A stretch of DNA of 64,000 nt from Eledone cirrhosa (lineage: Eukaryota), in assembly GCA_964016885.1 (NCBI GenBank), contig OZ024746.1, positions 79,546,001 through 79,610,000 on the forward strand, given 5' to 3'. Position 1 is the stretch's first letter. Each line of letters starts with the position of its first letter. The position numbers were made by a program, and so were the translations under genes. Positions 41,380 through 55,790 of the stretch are shown piece after piece. The notes under the pieces are model-generated. The model made no database searches, had not been told where the DNA came from, and was given only the letters and a program-made list of their open reading frames with translations.

Positions 41380-41732
41380 ATGCGCGGGGACATAGAAAAA
41401 GTCGGGCTGGACCCCAGATCGCGCGGTTAAACAACTGGGAGTGAAGGACCCCTAGCCTTTGTCAGGGCATTCTTCTAGGAGAAGGCAACTCAGAAAACTG
41501 GGATAACTCCGATATAAAACCTGCAGCTCAGTACTTACCAATGATGTTGATCTTTTCTTCTTTTCGGGTTATATCTACTGTCGCTCAGAGAGTGGGATTG
41601 GCTCAGTGTACAGTCTTTCCTCACTTTTTAAAAATCTTCACGCACAGGCATTATACGATAGAATTAATTAATAATTATTAATAAAGTATATCGTGCAATG
41701 GCCATACTCGATAACGAGAGGGCAGCCATCAT
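41380..41732 (+). mobile_element. Diverged family R relative lacking the zinc-finger segment
   Basis: CCCCTAGCCTTTGTCAGGGCA..CTAGGAGAAGG..GCACAGGCATT..GGCCATACTCGATAACGAGAGGGCAGCCATCAT. Confidence 0.8.
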
Positions 41733-41849
41733 GTATGTACGTATGTATGTATGTACGTATGCATGTAGGTAGGTAGTAGGAGTTTTTACACGATATTTTA
41801 TACAAACCAGGGCGTTATAGTATACCAACTTCTGAAACATTCTTTGAAG

Positions 41850-42730
41850 ATTTACATGAAACTGTTAAAGTTGTCATCACACTTATCAAAGATATCGAAA
41901 ACCTTTTTACCAATATCCCAGTAATGGAAACAATAAATATACTCTTGGATATTATATATACACGCATGATGACTTTAGAAAATCTGACATATCAGAAACT
42001 TCATTAAAATGCTCCTATTAGTATGAATAAACAATTTCAATTTTCGCAATCCACGAAAAAATCGCTGTACGCCATAGGAAAGTGTGGCTATACTTTCCCC
42101 ACATGGTCTCACATTCGTGTTGTTTTACATGTCTAAAATAAATCAACCATGTAGAGCAGTTATGTCGGACATATATTTACTAGAACTAGCATTGATGAAC
42201 AAGCTGATAATTCCTCAACATAATTATAAACTCAGTTCAGAAAACCCCCTGTTTTTAGACATAACTATAGCAATTTGACATAACAGATAAAGCACTTCTA
42301 TTTGAATAAAACACACAATTAATGGTCCATACATGCACACAGATTGTATGTGCTTCCATAGAACATGACATATCCGTAGTTAAATCTCTCATTAGATGGA
42401 GCTTTAGATTTTTGTTCAATAAAGAATCCTAAATAAGGAAATCCCACGTGCAGAACAATAGACCCTGAAATACTTTAGTAATCCATTCTAAAGAACAATA
42501 CAAGAACAAATTTTCTCACACTGGTATATCACAAATAACAGTCAGAAAAAATAAACAAACTGCACATTCCGTCTACTACAACATCCAAATGCTCGCTAGT
42601 TACAAAATGGATGAATGAATCATTAAAAAGTTTCTATAACAAAACCCAACACTTATTGCACTCAACCTTAAATTTATAAATAGAAACTTTTACCAAAACA
42701 CCAGAATGAAACCTAGCCTAATCATCCCCA
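41850..42730 (+). pseudogene. Decayed Penelope-like reverse transcriptase
   Basis: DIENLFTNIPVMETINILLD (RT motif A), VAILSPHGLTFVLFYMSKI (GVAMGSPLGP-like), PLFLDI. Confidence 0.75.
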
Positions 42731-42834
42731 AACCACAAACTCACGAACTGCAGCGGCAGCTTTGTGTGTTTTTTTAATATACGATAGCAACACTTTCTAC
42801 GAGAATGAAAGAAGGCATGGAAAGCCAATCCTGT

Positions 42835-42952
42835 AATGTAGGTGACTGAGTTGTTAGGATTTTGGACTCACGAAAATAAGGTCGGGAGTTCGATTCCTGG
42901 ACTAGGTGGTGCATTGTGTTCTTGAACCAGACCCTTCCCTTCACGTTGCTTT
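42835..42952 (+). mobile_element. SINE family 2, 5' part
   Basis: B box GAGTTCGATTCC followed by GTGTTCTTGAACCAGAC..TTCACGTTGCT. Confidence 0.7.
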
Positions 42953-43356
42953 TCATGATATCCCCAGGGACCTTATCATTGAAACGCTCAAAGAAATCTC
43001 TTATGAGAGATCAGATGTTAGGTGTAAATTTCATTTTCTTATATACATGTTACAAGAAAAATTAAAAGTGCTCTAAATTGTATTTGATCTGCGTTGAATC
43101 GAACTCCAGTTGTGAATACTGACACAATATTAGAGTAGGGGATAATAGGGAGGATACGTACAACGTGCAGGAAACACGTTATACACAAGCGTCTCCATGT
43201 AGGAATCTTTGACTGCAATAGTAAATCGATTGTCCTTGTAGCTTGATAAATAGCATAAAATTATTACAATTTCAGATTCTTTTAGCTAAGGTATTCAATA
43301 ATAATAATAATAATAATAATAATAATTAATGGTTCATAAACGTATAAACTACTTAC

Positions 43357-43520
43357 CTTCGTTTAGAAAGATTTAACGTTGCTAATGAAAGCACTATGAA
43401 GGAAGGAATATCTTGGCAGTCATTAGATTTAATTTTACCTCTTTTAAAATCCCCGAGTTAATGCCTTCAGTAATATGGTGTGACTAATTCTTCTGGATAT
43501 ATTTTATGGGATATCGAAAC
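43357..43520 (-). other. Candidate non-coding exon (164 bp)
   Basis: Acceptor CATATTCTCAG and donor AAG|GTAAGT; stops in all three frames. Confidence 0.3.
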
Positions 43521-44414
43521 CTGAGAATATGTTATGGAACAAATGTAAGAAATACTGACAGAGATTGTTTATATCTATAAGTATAACTTGGAGTTTCTTA
43601 TTCATTCTATAACCTTATAATGGAAATATCATTATCGATTATCTGTTAGTGATTAGTTTAGGTACTCTTGTGATTTTGATTACCTTATAACTTTATTATC
43701 TTTGTAGCTTTATTAATCTTACAATGTATGTAGCTTTACAGGGTAAGATAACGTTTAAGCCACAACTATGGAATTAGATGCATGAGCTTACAATATTTCA
43801 TACTTTTTCAAGAGCAATATGACAAATGAAAAGCAAAATTGACATTTGTAGGATTTGAACTCCAAAAGGGGTAAAACTAATTACAGAAAACCATCATTCC
43901 GATGCTCTACTGATTCTGCCAAATCACTGCCATTATTGCTTTAAAGAGTCACTAAGGTGTTATAAGGGATTCGGATGAGTGCAATGGACGAAGGGTCTAT
44001 GGATAATTCAAGGAAGAATATAATCGATACTCCAATAGTTTCTTGTTATCATTTACATAACGATTGAAAAGCATTTACTTAGAACTTCAATGTAACGAAG
44101 CACTCGTTAAATATATAACACCCTTCCTTATTACTGTCGAAAATTACACTTACCCTTTATTCCCAGCGAAACTTAAATGCTTTGAATATGGACACTAAGC
44201 AGTGCTCATGTCCAAAAACTGCATATTGACTCCCTTGCATCGACGAGGAGAAAGCAATGAATATCAAAGTCAAAGGGGTTTAAGACATTAGCTGTGTAAA
44301 CTACGTGCAGCAGCTTCAAGAGAGAACCGAAGCCGGCTGATGTCACGTAATTTGTTCATTAAGAACTTCTTACTTAACGGAAATTTCCAACCAATATCAA
44401 CTTGAAGAAGGGTG

Positions 44415-44615
44415 AGGAATTAGCGGAACTGTTGTAGCAGTGAACAAAATATTTTGTAGCATTTGTTCCTGGCTATTTACACTCTCAGTTCAAATACCCC
44501 TAAAGTATCTTTGCCTTTTATCCTCTGGGATCGATAAAATATAACACTAGTAAAATAATGAGGTTGGTATAATCGACTTTTCTCTTCCCCTGGCCTTATG
44601 TCTAAATTAGAAACC
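44415..44615 (+). mobile_element. Diverged SINE (family 1)
   Basis: CAGTTCAAATACC, TTTGCCTTTTATCC..GGATCGATAAAAT, GGCCTTATGTCTAAATTAGAAAC. Confidence 0.65.
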
Positions 44616-44743
44616 AAAGTATGGGAAGAATAAATGGTTGAATGTTTTATAGTTATGTTTTTGGTGCCAATATCGCTGCTTCTGTTGTTGTAGTTCTTCT
44701 TCTTCTTCTTCTTCTTCTTCTTCTTCTTCTTCTTCTTCTTCTT

Positions 44744-44774
<31 letters not shown>

Positions 44775-45069
44775 GGTCAATACTGACCAAACATACTTCT
44801 ATAAGATAAAATCCATCCCAGCTCTTACCATCCAAATGTTATCCAAGACTATATTATCTAATGTATGCTTCCTTGTTTAAGACAGTAAGTGGAGAATACT
44901 AGGCTGTTACTTCTAACAGACTGAGAAACTATGCAGTGACTGCTTTGTATTGTTTTTATGTGCTATTACTGTTGTTGTCTTTGATAACGTTTCTGCTACA
45001 GTTGTTGCCATTCTGGTAGTTATTGCAATTGATGTTGTTGAAACCCAGATCAAGCAGATCTAGGATTAA

Positions 45070-45286
45070 CCCTTTAGCATTTACATCATTATATATTTAC
45101 TATTATATTTTCACAATAAAGGCTTTATTTCACATAATTATCCCACATAATATCGAATCTATGAGATTTTGATATTATTTATTTTGAGAACAATACCTTA
45201 ACATCAGTATGAGTGGCCAGTTACAGCTGGTTTAAACAGAAAGAGGTGAGAGAATTCTGATCGGATATGGGTTAAATGCTAAAGGG
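45070..45286. mobile_element. piggyBac-type MITE (217 bp)
   Basis: 14-bp TIR CCCTTTAGCATTTA / TAAATGCTAAAGGG flanked by TTAA on both sides. Confidence 0.85.
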
Positions 45287-45639
45287 TTAATGACTTTCTA
45301 TCGAAGACTATCCCATTTTATTGTCATGATCTACAATATGTCACGTGTCCTCTCAGCGGTCTTTTTTTTTTTCAGGAACCTAAGATTTGGGGTTGGTATT
45401 TCTAATAGGTTGGTAAGGGGATGGTAATGGTGGTGGTGATGGGGCTGATGAAGATGATGATGATGATGATAATAATGGTGATAGTGGTGATGATGGTGGA
45501 GGGGATGGTAATGGTGGTGGTGACGCCGCTATTTTGTTTTTAACGACAGATTTGGTTGATTATGTTTTGCTTTTTATTTGCTGCTTAATTTTCTCTGCTG
45601 TTTAGAAGAGGAGGCTCAAACTAGCTATTGTTGCAATTA

Positions 45640-45741
45640 TTGTTGTCGTTGCTACTGTTGTTGTTGTTGTAGTTGTTGTAGTTGTAGTTGTTGTTGTAGA
45701 TGTTGTTGTTGTTGTTGTTGTTGTTACTGTAGTTATTGTAG

Positions 45742-45798
<57 letters not shown>

Positions 45799-45850
45799 TT
45801 GTTGTTGTTTTAGTTGTTGTTGTTGTTGTTGTTGTTGCTACTGATGCTGC
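45640..45850. repeat. (TGT)n microsatellite
   Basis: Directly visible. Confidence 0.95.
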
Positions 45851-46801
45851 TGTTTTTTTTTTTTGTTTTTTTTTGTCCGATATTTTTGTGGCAGTTATTC
45901 TTTGTTATTATTTTCAGGATATTCCTCTCGGATATTTTATTTTGAAATATTTATTTCAAAGCTTTCCATTTCTTTAATTATAATTATTGTTAAATTTAAA
46001 TGCTCAGTGGTGTTGTAAGTGAATGTAAGGGTGGTGGAGTGTTGTTACGTGGGTGTCTGAAATCAAGAATGCCTAGAGGTGGTGAGGCCGACTGCATAGA
46101 TCTGAAAGTTGTGAGCAATAGCAACGCCTTTATATATGTATATGTGCGGGTTTGTGTATACGCACGTGTATTTGGATATGTGCGAGGGCAAATACACATG
46201 TGTTTTAGATACGTGCGTAGGCGTATACGCATGTGCCTTTAAGTGTGTTTGCGTTTGTTCATAGAAAATGAGGATGCTTGGAAGTTGTGAAAGGAGAAAC
46301 AATGTCTGAATACAGAGAATATAAAAATGGAAAGGTGGTGGTGGAGTGGGTGGGGATGGGTTGTGGAGATGGGGGCTCGGTGGTTGTGTGGGAGGTTGAA
46401 TGAACAAACGAAGGAAGTGAAAGCTACTGCAGTATAAATAATTAACTATTAGCGCATTTTTAGCATTTTAGGTCGGATATTTTATCGGGTCAGTTTCTAT
46501 GAACTTGCTTTAATTAAAACACTTGTAATTTAATTTTAAAAACCTTTGAAGTGTAAGACGCTATACTGAATTACATAGTTTTACTTCACTAACCGACCAA
46601 TTCTTACATTCATACCGAGTTTCGATCGCTATGCCATATCCTTGCCGCCGTTCGTTTTCTATAATCTTAATATGGTTTAGATAAATTTAAACTCTAAATA
46701 GAAAGAATGGGTTTATTTTAATTCCTTTTCTGATAAATAAATAAAACACAGAGATTTTCTGGATTAAAGATCAAATAGTCTCGAAACAACACATTCAGTT
46801 T

Positions 46802-46872
<71 letters not shown>

Positions 46873-48714
46873 GCACACACACACACACACAATACACCCC
46901 AAAACGACGCACATACACACACAAATACGTACACATACAGACACGCAGCCACATAAACACTCGTGCACACACATACCCACACACTCACGTACACTCATAC
47001 ACCCAAACCCAAGCACACAAACACAGACATGCACTCACAGACATTGCACATACACAATTACTCACATACACAAACATGTACACACACAAACACAGACAGG
47101 CGCACACAGACACGCTCATACACAAATACGTACATACACAAACATATAGACACGGGCACACACACACTTACACACACACATACATATGCACACATGCATG
47201 GACACACACACGTGCACACATACAGATTACTTTTGAAGATATATTTTTATGTTAAATTCAAACATTTCCTAACTTCGAGATGGTTAGTTGCTGAGATTTT
47301 TGTCATTTTCACACGAGACAGATTATTCCTTACTTAAAGAATCTGCACTCGCAAAAGTTTTTACAAATTCACTGAAAATAGATTTAAGTTGTTTAGAACC
47401 AAACTATTTTCACTGTCAAGACTGTATTTTTTAATTTAATCACTAACTACATTCCGTTATATCATTATTCCAACCTTTCCTTAAAGGTGGTAAATTGGTA
47501 GAATTTTGGAAAAATAACTTAACGTACTTGTTCAGATTCTTTCACATTCTCGGTCAAATCCGGTAAAAGTAAATTTTTCTTTTCATTTTTTTTTTTGTGG
47601 TGGTCGTGAGGGAGGGCATGGGGTCGTATAAAACGGCATCAATATAATTAACGGATCATCCCCAAATATGTCCTTATGCTTATGTTAGAAACAATTATTA
47701 TTATTATTATTATTATTCTAAGCAGCGATGTATTGGTATAGGTTTTAGAGCGTCGGCAAAGGCTCTAATTGACTTATAATTGACTTTCCCCTTTTCCAAA
47801 AATTGCTGGCCTTGCGCCAATGTTAGAATGTCATATGATTCTCATATTTATTAAATTATTCGCATTAACTTCAAAACTGAAAGATTTTTCAATGTTTCGA
47901 TTTGCTACCTGGCCACCTCTACATATCATAGCTGAAATTAAGCGACAGACTCCATCACTGTGAATGGAGTGAGCTAATGGTATAGGTATAGTCATGACTC
48001 AAATCTTACTATGAGCTTGAAAAAGGAGAAAGCTATGGGGGAATATTGCTCAGTGAAAATACTCTGCATTGACTTCGAATGCTTATAGACAAGACTAGTC
48101 ACTCGACTGTAGGAATATATCATCCCCCCACGATTGACCCACGTTGATAAATAAGACTACAACCAGCATAAACACGCCAGCACCAGAATACTTAGGCTCT
48201 CATCTAGCAATAGATTGAAAGCGGTTGGCACTTTAGTTGCCAGACTTCTAAAGAGTCTGACTAGGATTTTTCCAAATTTAAAAAATTTGAAGAGATTTAG
48301 TAATATAACAAAATTTTCCATGATAGAATATGCGTTTGGCGCATACTTTAAAAGAAGATTCTCCATAAAATCATAATGGGGAATCTTTAGATAAATATAC
48401 ACTTGTGCATCATAAATCAGAGATGATTTCAGATGGTTTAGTAGGAAGGTTTAATGGATATCGCAAAACGAAAAAATTCAAATAGCAACTCGTTTTTCAC
48501 TAACGTCATATATGCACTTCAAATGAAAATTAAATATTACCTAATCCTTTTACCACCAACAAATGGACAAGTTAAGAACTGCGTAGGAGCAAGAGCTTAA
48601 TAGTTACGAGGAACACTTTTCCCATTACATTTTAGCCTATGCTAGAGATGATTTGGTTTGTCAAAATTGCAAAGAATGTGTTGCAATAAATGATCCGACT
48701 CTTTATGTTCTGAG

Positions 48715-49440
48715 TGATGTCAACTTTGTCCAGTGATGTCAACTTTGTCTTTCACCTTCCTCAAGCAAGCCTTCCAGCGGTTCCTGTCAGAAGCTACCAT
48801 CTCCAATTGATCCGGATGGATCCACAAGCGGGGACTATCCCTGGGTTTCCTGTCGGTTGGTTTTGCCCGTACATTATGTCCTGTCATGAGACATTCTAAC
48901 CACATGCGCGTAATATCGGAGCTGTGATCTCTCAATTCGGAGAAGTTGCAGCCGTACCTGGCGTGACTCTCTGATCTCCGAGCTATGCAATCTATCTAGA
49001 AACGTTACTCTAAAGACCCTTCGAAGGAATCCCATTTTGACCGCTTATATTCGCGACCGTATTCTTTCGGTTATTACACAAGATTCATGGCCATAGGTAA
49101 AGGTTGACACAAATACTGAATTGAAGATAGCGGCTTTTACCTTTACACCAACATCCTTTCTCTGATTACCGATTGCCGAAACTAGTGCATTGCTGCACCA
49201 ATTCCTGCAATTTTTGCACTTAATTCAGCCTCCTGCCTTCCATCACGCGTGAACACGGTCCCGAGATACTTGAAATTCTCCACCCGCTGTAGTGTAACTC
49301 ACCTCTCATAAAGAGAGCACTGCGCAGACTTCCTTGAGTGGACGAGTCTCTCAGTCTTTGCAGCACTAATTTTAATTTCTGCCATGCAGAACTCGGTAGT
49401 AAATCTACCAAGTGCATGTTATGGATCACTTTCTGGCTTA
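48715..49440 (-). pseudogene. Decayed RTE LINE ORF2 3' part
   Basis: VENFKYLGTVFTRDGR..AAIFNSVFVSTFTYGHES..FLRRVF..LRIERSQLRYYAHVVRM..LEMVASDRNRW. Confidence 0.85.
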
Positions 49441-49449
49441 TTATGTAAT

Positions 49450-49643
49450 AGGTGGATTGGCAGTATTTGGTAAAGAGTCGGACGTCATGCTTTGCAGCAA
49501 AGAGTTACGACCCTTTATGATCTGAGTTCAAATCCCGCCGAGGTTAACTTTGCCCTTCATCTCCTTACGGGGTCGATAAAATAAAGTACCAGTAATACAC
49601 TGGGATAATTGCTGGCATTGTGCCAAAAAAGTAGAAACAATTA
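49450..49643 (+). mobile_element. SINE family 1
   Basis: A box, B box, core and tail. Confidence 0.88.
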
Positions 49644-50406
49644 TGTAGCACCAAAGTGTCCACACATTCCAGCCGACTGATCCTGCACCCACCAGTATCG
49701 GTACCATTTCTAACCCGGCTACACACATATCAATCCTGTTTTATCAGACCACAGTATAAAATAGCAGCCAACTCTTCCTCAAACAGCTCGCTACTCTCTT
49801 AAAGGAGACACCTGTATAATGTAACCAGGAAAACGCTGAGTGAAACAAGAATAACATAATGGTCATGGCTGGAATGTATTTAATCATAGATCTGCATGAT
49901 GATGAACAACAAGAACAACAACAAGAAGAAGAACAACAACAATAACAACAACAACAAGTCTGTCTCTTCTAAAATATTTTAGTGTAATAATTGGTTAATA
50001 TAGCGAGAAAAACTCATTTACGATCCTATAGAATAGCTTCACGGTTCATTTCGACATTGTTAGGCATTTGCCGGCATCTGCAGGCACTAGATGAGAGTAA
50101 ATGGAAAATAATTAACATTATGTGTCCTTTTGTCTTCTTTCTCTTTATCTTCCTCCTCTCTGACTCTCATTCCCTGTTACCCTTTCTCCCCCCCCCCATC
50201 GTCTCCTTTTCTTTCTCTTTCTCTCTCTTTCTCTCTCTTTCTCTCTCTCTCTATATATATATGTGTGTGTATTGTGTTTGTGTGTGTGTGTGTATATAAA
50301 TACATATATATACATATATATATATACACATATATGTGTGTGTGTGTTTGTGTGTGTATGTGTGTGTATAAATACATATATATACATATATATATATATA
50401 TACACC

Positions 50407-50448
<42 letters not shown>

Positions 50449-50504
50449 AACACACACGTATATGTGTGTGTATATAAATACATATATATATATACGTGTG
50501 TGTT

Positions 50505-50535
<31 letters not shown>

Positions 50536-50545
50536 GTATAAATAC

Positions 50546-50620
<75 letters not shown>

Positions 50621-50732
50621 AACACACACGTATATATATATGTATTTATATACACACACATATACGTGTGTGTGTGTGCATGTGTGTACATGTGTGTGCG
50701 TGCCTTTATATATATTATATGTATACAAACAC

Positions 50733-50773
<41 letters not shown>

Positions 50774-50898
50774 TTTATGTGTGCGTTTATGTGTGTATGT
50801 GTGTATGTGTGTATGTGTGTGTGGGTATGGGTTAGTCTGCGCATGTATGTATGCAAATCTATATATATCTCATGCTATCTCTTTATCTATCCTCTCTC

Positions 50899-50931
<33 letters not shown>

Positions 50932-51233
50932 ATCTCTCTTTCGCTCTCTCTCTCTCTCTCTCTCTCACTCTTTATCTATCCCCTCTCTCTCTTTCTTTCT
51001 TTGGATATATACATATATAAATAACGTGGATAAGAGTTGGCTGGTACCAGCTGGAAAGACGAGTAACTCAGGATTGCATGAGCAAATGTTTCATGGATTA
51101 GTAAGTTCTTGAAGGACATGTAGGAGAAGGTGAGGGAAGAATCTGCACCACTCTGGGGCAGTGGCTTGAGAATAACTGGCTTTTTGTACACTCTAATACT
51201 ACTCAGACAGTATTCGATATATATATATATATG

Positions 51234-51552
51234 GTGGCATGATTAATATGTAACCGCGAATCTCAGTGTAGCTATAGAGATTAATCTCAGTAATATCATA
51301 TATATTATGTTAAGATACGCAAGCCATATGGTCAAGGTTGAACCGTTTTAGTTTAAGCATGACCGTGGGGCTTAGATGTATTTAAATAATTTATGTACTA
51401 TACTTTAAAGAATTGAATAATAGGTTTTACTTGTCTCAATTAGTAATATCCTATACATATATATGCATGTGTGAGTTCTTAGCTGATCACCCTGTGATAA
51501 ACAGGCGAAACCAGAGTAACAAAACTCACTATTTAGCCTTAATAAAATGAAT
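51234..51552 (+). mobile_element. PLE-like end with a hammerhead-like motif at 51481-51520
   Basis: CTGATCA-C-CCTG-tgataaa-CAGG-C-GAAAC..GTA; 3' end shared with 632-700. Confidence 0.55.
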
Positions 51553-51565
51553 ATCTATATCTATA

Positions 51566-51645
<80 letters not shown>

Positions 51646-51647
<2 letters not shown>

Positions 51648-52158
51648 GTCAGGTTGCTCCTCAGCGCTACTGGTAACTAACATGTAACCCAGGGCAACCT
51701 GTGGCTGGTCGGGTCGTTGGCGAATTAGCCGACAACCCCACCAACCTTGCTTGGTGAGGGGGGGGGGATTTTGGACACTGCTGGATGAAGAACAAAACCC
51801 GCCAAAGGGCAGAGAAACTCTGGATAGTCAACGGTCATCCAATAATAATTTTTTTTTTTTTTTTGTAAAGCGAGAGACACCTAGTGTTCATTAAGACATC
51901 TCTCTAGGAGAAGGTCACTCTGATATAAAACCTGCGACTTTGATTGCGTCCAATGATGTAGATCAGTTCTTCTTGGGCAAATACATTTCAGAGTGGGATT
52001 GGCCTTGTGCAAAGCCTTTCCTCACTTAAAAAACCCCTTCAAGTACGACATTTTTTGGCATAGGCAAATCCCTAACAGGACTAAAAAAACCACGTTTGTG
52101 GTGCCCATGCTTAAGTATCAAGCGGTGGCATTACTCGAAATCGAGTTGCAGCCATCAT
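51646..52158 (+). mobile_element. Diverged family R element with a different tail
   Basis: ATGTCAGGTTGC..GGTCGGGTCGTTGGCGA..CTCGAAATCGAGTTGCAGCCATCAT. Confidence 0.82.
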
Positions 52159-52184
52159 ATATATATTTATACATATATGCATAC

Positions 52185-52440
52185 ACATTTTATTTCACGT
52201 TGCTCGAGTTTACTCAGCTGTAGAATTGAGTTGCGACGTCACTGTTGCCAGGCTGTATCGGCCACTGTCCTTCCCTTGGACAAGGTCAGTGACATGGAGA
52301 GGAGAGACTGGTATGCATAGGCGATTACTGTTCTTTCTCAGGCAACCTTGCTCGGACTTGTGCCTCGGGAAATGGGGGTACTTTCTAGGTACAAATCCCG
52401 TGGTCATTGGTGACCGAAAGGGGTCTTTACTTAACCTTTA
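52185..52440 (+). mobile_element. SINE family 2, 3' part
   Basis: TTTATTTCACGTTGCTC motif then a GC-rich body ending GACCGAAAGGGGTCTTTAC. Confidence 0.6.
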
Positions 52441-52545
52441 TACATATACATACATATATATGTGTATATACACACACAAACATATATATATATATATATA
52501 TATAAATGGTATGTTCCTGTAACTCATGATTGAGTCATACGTCTG

Positions 52546-52588
<43 letters not shown>

Positions 52589-52649
52589 GAGCGAGAGAGA
52601 GAGAGGAAAAGACAGAGAGAAGTTAGAAAGTGATATAAAGAAAGAATCT

Positions 52650-52797
52650 ATCCCAGTACTAGACTTGTACTTTATCAACTTCAAAAGGATAAGCGGCGAA
52701 GTTGACATCACCGTAATTTTGAACTCAGAGGGCAGAAAGCCGGAACTAATACGGTAAGCATTCTATCTGACATTCTAATGACTCTGCAAACTCACCG
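52650..52797 (-). mobile_element. Diverged SINE (family 1)
   Basis: TACTTTATCAAC..AAGGATAAGCGGCGAAGTTGAC..TTTGAACTCAGA. Confidence 0.65.
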
Positions 52798-52864
52798 TCT
52801 ATAATATACATATGTACAAATACTTCATGGCAACATCAATAAACGCATTTTTGACGTCAATGAA

Positions 52865-52897
<33 letters not shown>

Positions 52898-53318
52898 GAT
52901 GAGGTTGAGGATAAGGTTGGTGGCGGCGGTGGTGGTGATGGTGGCGATGATGAGAATCGTTATCATCATCATCATCATAATCATAATCATCATCATCATC
53001 ATCATCATCATAATCATCGTCATCATCATCATCAAATTTCTCATAAAAGTTATCGATGATGACGAAGTTGGTGGCGGAGAAAACTCTGGCAATGGCGATG
53101 GCGTAGACATAATAATCAATGCAAACAGACTTCCAACGATAGCTATCGAAAGCAACTCTAAACAAGTGCCGATAGGAAACAAACAAACACATCAAAACAC
53201 CGACATATTTTGCTTTGTCTATATTTAGTAATAAATCATTTTTATCAATGTCTGATGAACGTCTCTCGTTACTTCGAAGAAATCAGTACAAATAAGATTG
53301 CAATGGAATTAAATTTGA

Positions 53319-53349
<31 letters not shown>

Positions 53350-53398
53350 TTCACACATACACACACACATACACACATTCACACATTCACACACACAC

Positions 53399-53472
<74 letters not shown>

Positions 53473-53531
53473 ACACACAAGTCTGCATAGAGACATACAC
53501 ACATACACACCCATCACACATACACACACAC

Positions 53532-53605
<74 letters not shown>

Positions 53606-54829
53606 GTACACACAAGTCTGCATAGAGACATACACTCACACACATACATAGATTCACAAACACTCACTGACATACACACACACACACACACACATGTATA
53701 TATATCGGAGTGTGTGTGCGTGTAAGTATGTATGTATTGTATGTTTGTATGTGTGAACATATATATATATATTTATATATATATATATATATATATATAC
53801 ATACATACATATTATACATACATACATATATACATGCGTAAATGCATACATACACACACAGATATATTCATACATACATACATACATACATACATCCATA
53901 CATACACACATATATACATCCATCCATCCATACATACACACATACATACATACACACATACACACATACATACATACACACACACAAACATACACACATA
54001 CATACATAAACATACATACATACACACACACATCCATAGATATACATGAACGGGGAAGAAGAGGTATTCAGCAAGGCTGGGATATATGCATATGTATAAA
54101 TCTATATCTATATGTATAACGTATACGTTTATATCTATCTATGAAATTCCCTTTGGTTTCAAAAATAATCAATTGAAACTTTCGAGAACAATCGAGATTG
54201 TCAAAGTAATGACGGAGTGTGTGTGTACAAGTATGTCTCGTGATTAGGTGTGTATATGTTGCTGTTTGTATGTATGTCTGTCTATATGTGTGTGCAGACA
54301 TGTATGCATCATGCTCTGATTTCCTGCCTATGTTCTTCTCTCTCCATGTCTCCCCCTCCCCTCCATCTATCTCTCCTCTCTTCTTTCTCTCTCTCCCTCT
54401 CTCTCCATCTCCCTCTTTTTCTCTTTCTGTGCGCGGCTGGTGTATATATGAACTAGTCTATGGAACATATAAACCGAAACATAACGAAAGAAGAAATTCG
54501 CAAATTGAAAAGTGAATGTAATATTTATATAAACACATCTTCACTTTAACTTTGTATCGTTCTAACCCTTGTTCCTTTTTCTTTCTTTTTTTTCTTTTCT
54601 TACTCTACTTCGATAACAGTTTTAACCCGAAACGTCATGGCCTTTATACGGGTCTCTTGCTATTCTGCTTAAAACGCATATTGATCAGGTTTTTGTGAAT
54701 TTTTTTGTCAACATGTCATCTATTTTCTCTTCTATTACTTTCTTTTAACCTCACACACTTTAGTTTTATCTATTTGTTTTAGTTGTATATGATTCCTTAA
54801 GTGGAAAGATATACAATGCTTTGAGGCTG

Positions 54830-55790
54830 TGATGAAGCTTGACAAAGTTCGAGCCCCAGTATCCTCGGTCGACCATTGCAGCATGCAAATCCGTTTCTGA
54901 AAGGCCTTTGTCCATCTCGATTATTGATTTCAATGTGATATACTGTCGCCCAACTTGTTTCTTTGCATGCGGAATCCAAAAAAGCAACATTACAACGGGT
55001 TCATCGCAGTGAGTGACGTGACCGTCAAGAGCCTAGCGACGATGTTTTAGATCAGAAATTCATACAGAGACGTTTCTGTTCAATAAATAGAAGGAGGAGA
55101 ATTCCATTGCGATTTGATGTCATGCAATGAGTACCCCTTCGGGATTTGGGTGTTCCTGTCACCGCCGATGGTGAGCATCAAATGGAGCGGGGTGTCTTCC
55201 ACTGCAATGCTTAGTTCAGAATAAACGTCAATTGTAACATCAACCGGTGAACTGCTGTGCAGAGAATAACAATGAAGCACAACTGTCTTAGGATTTCCCA
55301 TAAATGTGGCAAAATGGATGCGCTCACCAAACCTTTTGACTGAAAACAGGAGAGTAATGGCCACACCTCGAATGGAAGTCAGGCAGTCATTTCGAGTAAC
55401 AAATGTAGTGAAGAGAGTTGTCGACCCAAGAGAGCATGCAACTATTTCTGGATCAGAGTCAGGATATATAAAACGATGAACTTGTTACAGTGATGTTGTA
55501 GTCATTCATGAGTTTCTTCTGCTCAGCTTCTGATGATGCAGTGCTTAGAGTTCGGCAGTTACGTGAGCTCACTTTATCAGACTGGCTTTGTTCTTCGATC
55601 ATTGGTAATCGCAGTTCAGCGGTTCCTGAGAATTTAGGTTTGGCTCGTCATTGGCTAGAGGAAAAACATTGCTTGGCCGCATGAATGGCCGATTAGTTAG
55701 GGCTTTAACATTAGTGCGATATTAGAACTTCATCATGCATTTTTTTTCTAATGGCTAAATGCATACACGGCTTGGATCACTACACGTGCA
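54830..55790 (-). pseudogene. Internally deleted RTE LINE: APE endonuclease joined to the ORF C-terminus
   Basis: RIHFATFMGNPKTVVLHCYSLH..LTIGGDRNTQI (APE) followed within ~150 bp by LLFWIPHAKKQVGRQ..DKGL..AMVDRGYW. Confidence 0.78.

Noticed and set aside
45578-45844. Metallothionein-like Cys-rich ORF
   Set aside because: Translation of a (TGT)n microsatellite
52799-53228. Acidic/His-rich or membrane protein ORFs
   Set aside because: Mostly (ATG/CAT)n repeats; unique part is short with no recognisable domain
54604-54645. Hammerhead remnant (TTCGATAA..CCGAAACGTC)
   Set aside because: Core and stem II too degenerate to support
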